A DNA stretch of 55,979 bases, taken from Rhizaria sp. SCN 62-66. Taxonomy: Eukaryota. A model generated the notes under the pieces. The model saw only the letters and a list, made by a program, of their open reading frames with translations, was not told the DNA's origin and searched no databases. Below, in pieces: positions 53,753 through 55,979 of the stretch. Numbering within the stretch: position 1 is the first letter of the stretch; each line of letters starts with the position of its first letter. The translations under genes and the position numbers were made by a program. The stretch is from positions 62,001-117,979 of the forward strand of contig MEDY01000037.1 of the NCBI GenBank assembly GCA_001724265.1, read 5' to 3'.

Positions 53753-55979
53753 ATGTCCACAGGAACCTCCTTGCAACAGCGTGCCGGGGATGAGACGCTC
53801 AATGCCTTAGGAGACATCTCTGACTCCAAGATTGATGCTCAAACCTTGTTAAAAGATAAGATTCTCACGTCCTCCGTGGTTTTCCCCTTCTCAAGTGAGG
53901 ATGCCGAGGAGTTCTTGACGCTTTTCCCCGAGATTCCTGCCGAGCCTACTACTGAGTCTGATCTGCGCGCCGCCACAATTGTTGCTGCCGCGGACCAGGC
54001 GGCGACGGCCGCGAAGCCCCGCACCCATGGCACAGGGCCTGTCAGCGCTGCCGCCGCGCTCGACGCTTCCATCTCTGCGCTCATGGGCTGGACCGGCGCC
54101 GCCACGCCCGGCCTGCACGAACCCCGGACGGAGACGGGGATGCCAGACCCGCGGACCGCGCTGTCGACCGCGGAGGCGCTCAAGGCGCTGGCTCTGCGCG
54201 CGCAGCTGCTGCTGGCCACACACCGCGCCGCGCACGCCGCCGCGGGCGGGAGCGCCGCGGGCGCCGCCGCCTCGGCCGCCGCCACCGCCGCCACCGCGGG
54301 CCTTGGTGCCGGCCTTGACGTCACCCTCATGCTCGCAGTTGGCGAAGCCCTGCTTAACCCCGACTCGGACACCGCGGGTGCGAACAACGTTAACGCTAAG
54401 AGCACCCCCAAGGCCCCGCGCGTGCCGCCCGTGTTGGTGCCCGTGCACGCCGCGGCCGTGTCGCTCGCGTCGCCCGTTTTCGCCGACACGCTTGCGCGCG
54501 CCTACGCGCCCCGCCCCGCCGCCGGCACGCGGACTGCTACTGCTGCGACAGAGCGCCCCGCCGGCGTGCCCCCGCGCGCGGTGGCGTGGGGCGGCGCGCT
54601 ACCGCAGCGCGACAAGTACGCACGCGTGCTGTCGCTGGTGTCGCCCGCGGACAGGCTGGCGTACTCGTCCGTGGACACGACCGTGGCGCGCGCAGAGGAC
54701 CCCGCGCGCGAGGGCTTCACAGTCACCGTCAACGTGCGCACAGTCACCTCGCTGCCCGCCGCCGCTGCCGCCGGACACGCCGCCGACGCCGCCGCCGTCG
54801 CGCTTGCGCGCCCGCGCGTCCCGGTTGCCTCTGCGGCGACTGGACGGGCGCCGGAGCCCGCAGACGAGGCCGCCGCCGCCGCCACAGAGGCCGCCGTAGC
54901 CGCCGCCACAGAGGCCGCCGTAGCTGCCTCGCTGGCTGCCGAAGAGCTCGCGGCTGAGGGCACGCTTGCCGCCGCCAATGCCGCCGCCGCCGCCGTGGCC
55001 GCCGCTGCAGCAGGCGCTGCGGCCGGCGCCGACCCAGCCTCTGCGATGGCGGCGGCGGTGGCGGCGGGCGCGGACCCGGTGGGCGAGCTGTGGGCGCCGC
55101 TGCCATCGTGGTCGCGCTTCGACGCGCAGTCTCTGCGCCTCGCCGAGCACTTCGTCACTTTGCACTCCGCGGAGCACGCGGGGCAACTGACCGGTGTTGG
55201 CGACGACTGGTGGGCCGCGGGGCTGCCCGCCCCGCTTGCGCGGCTGCCGCGGCTGCACTTGCCGTTCCTGCCGCCGCACCTGCTGCCCGCGCTGCTGGCT
55301 ACGGTGTACCCGGCCGAGCCGCCGCGCGCCGCCGCGCTGCCGCCGGGCGCCTCGGCCGCCGAGCTGGCCGCCGCCGACGCCGCGGACCAAGGCGCCACCG
55401 CGCTTGCTGCCATCGCACTCAGCCCCGCGCTGCTGCTTCAACAGCAGCAGAAGCCGCGGCCCATCGCGACCAGCGCCGCGGCCGCGCGGCTGGGGCTCCA
55501 GTCGCCGTCGTTGCTAATGCCGCCGTGCCCCTACGCGCCCTTCGCACTGCCGCTGTCGGCATACTCGTCCGCCGCGGCGCCCGCACTGCGCGTGGCGCTG
55601 CCGTCGACCGCCGCGCGCGACGCCGCGCTGCCGCCGCTGGCCGCTGTGGCTGCCGCCGAGGCCGCGGGCGTGCCCTTCGTCAACACCGCACGGCTGTCGG
55701 CGCCCATCAACGCCGACTCCACGGCCGTCTTCGGCGTCGTGCTGCCGCTCGCGCCCGCAGTCGCCTTCGCCGACGCGCACCCCGCCCACGCCACACGCGC
55801 GGCCGCCGCCTTCGCTGGCTTCGTGCGCGCCATCACACCCGGTGCCCCCAGCAGCAGCACTAGCAGCGGCGGCGACGTCCCCGAGAGCTCCAGCCTGAGC
55901 GGCAACGCGCGGCTGCAGCCGGAGCAGGCCGCGACGTCGAACCTGCTGCTGTTGCCGTCCCCGCTGGCCGCGCTGCCCG
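53753..55979 (+). CDS. Hypothetical protein, 3'-partial (>740 aa), not in the ORF track
   Basis: ATG at 53753 just after an in-frame TGA; MSTGTSLQQRAGDETLNALGDISDSKIDAQTLLKDKILTSSVVFPFSSEDAEEFLTLFPEIP... The track lists no terminated ORF in this frame, and the codon bias matches the other genes. No family recognised. Confidence 0.75.
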   Translation, partial: MSTGTSLQQRAGDETLNALGDISDSKIDAQTLLKDKILTSSVVFPFSSEDAEEFLTLFPEIPAEPTTESDLRAATIVAAADQAATAAKPRTHGTGPVSAAAALDASISALMGWTGAATPGLHEPRTETGMPDPRTALSTAEALKALALRAQLLLATHRAAHAAAGGSAAGAAASAAATAATAGLGAGLDVTLMLAVGEALLNPDSDTAGANNVNAKSTPKAPRVPPVLVPVHAAAVSLASPVFADTLARAYAPRPAAGTRTATAATERPAGVPPRAVAWGGALPQRDKYARVLSLVSPADRLAYSSVDTTVARAEDPAREGFTVTVNVRTVTSLPAAAAAGHAADAAAVALARPRVPVASAATGRAPEPADEAAAAATEAAVAAATEAAVAASLAAEELAAEGTLAAANAAAAAVAAAAAGAAAGADPASAMAAAVAAGADPVGELWAPLPSWSRFDAQSLRLAEHFVTLHSAEHAGQLTGVGDDWWAAGLPAPLARLPRLHLPFLPPHLLPALLATVYPAEPPRAAALPPGASAAELAAADAADQGATALAAIALSPALLLQQQQKPRPIATSAAAARLGLQSPSLLMPPCPYAPFALPLSAYSSAAAPALRVALPSTAARDAALPPLAAVAAAEAAGVPFVNTARLSAPINADSTAVFGVVLPLAPAVAFADAHPAHATRAAAAFAGFVRAITPGAPSSSTSSGGDVPESSSLSGNARLQPEQAATSNLLLLPSPLAALP
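54875..54924 (+). repeat. 24-bp in-frame tandem duplication (AAATEAAV x2)
   Basis: gccgccgccacagaggccgccgta occurs twice in tandem within the last ORF. Confidence 0.8.

Noticed and set aside
1-55979. Prokaryotic operon, defence system or CRISPR interpretation
   Set aside because: Spliceosomal introns and eukaryote-specific families (FIG4, Tubby, PZP, BLTP2) indicate a eukaryotic nuclear genome.

Overview
Gene-dense eukaryotic (protist-like) genomic DNA. Coding regions are very GC-rich and Ala/Ser-inflated; intergenic gaps and spliceosomal introns are short and AT-rich. Nine protein-coding genes are supported. (1) A >5,450-aa BLTP2/Hobbit/Fmp27/SABRE lipid-transfer protein on the minus strand, running off the left edge and absent from the ORF track. 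(2) A 3-exon PIMT/PCMT methyltransferase. (3) A giant FIG4-type Sac phosphoinositide phosphatase. (4) A pepsin-family aspartic protease with plasmepsin IX/X / TgASP3-like features. (5) A 2-exon stand-alone PZP (PHD-Zn knuckle-PHD) protein. (6) A 4-exon Tubby protein. (7) A probable mitochondrial protein with a degenerate TraB-like domain. (8) An SLC33A1/AT-1 acetyl-CoA transporter. (9) An unknown ORF running off the right edge. The most notable observation is a single in-frame TAG in the FIG4 frame, followed by 181 more coding-like codons that end in a FIG4-like C-terminal motif and TAA; this could be readthrough/recoding, a nonsense allele or a base error. All six inferred introns begin GTACGY. 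No rRNA, tRNA, CRISPR array or mobile element was recognised. Family assignments come from motifs recalled from memory, not from database searches, and the organism cannot be identified from this window.
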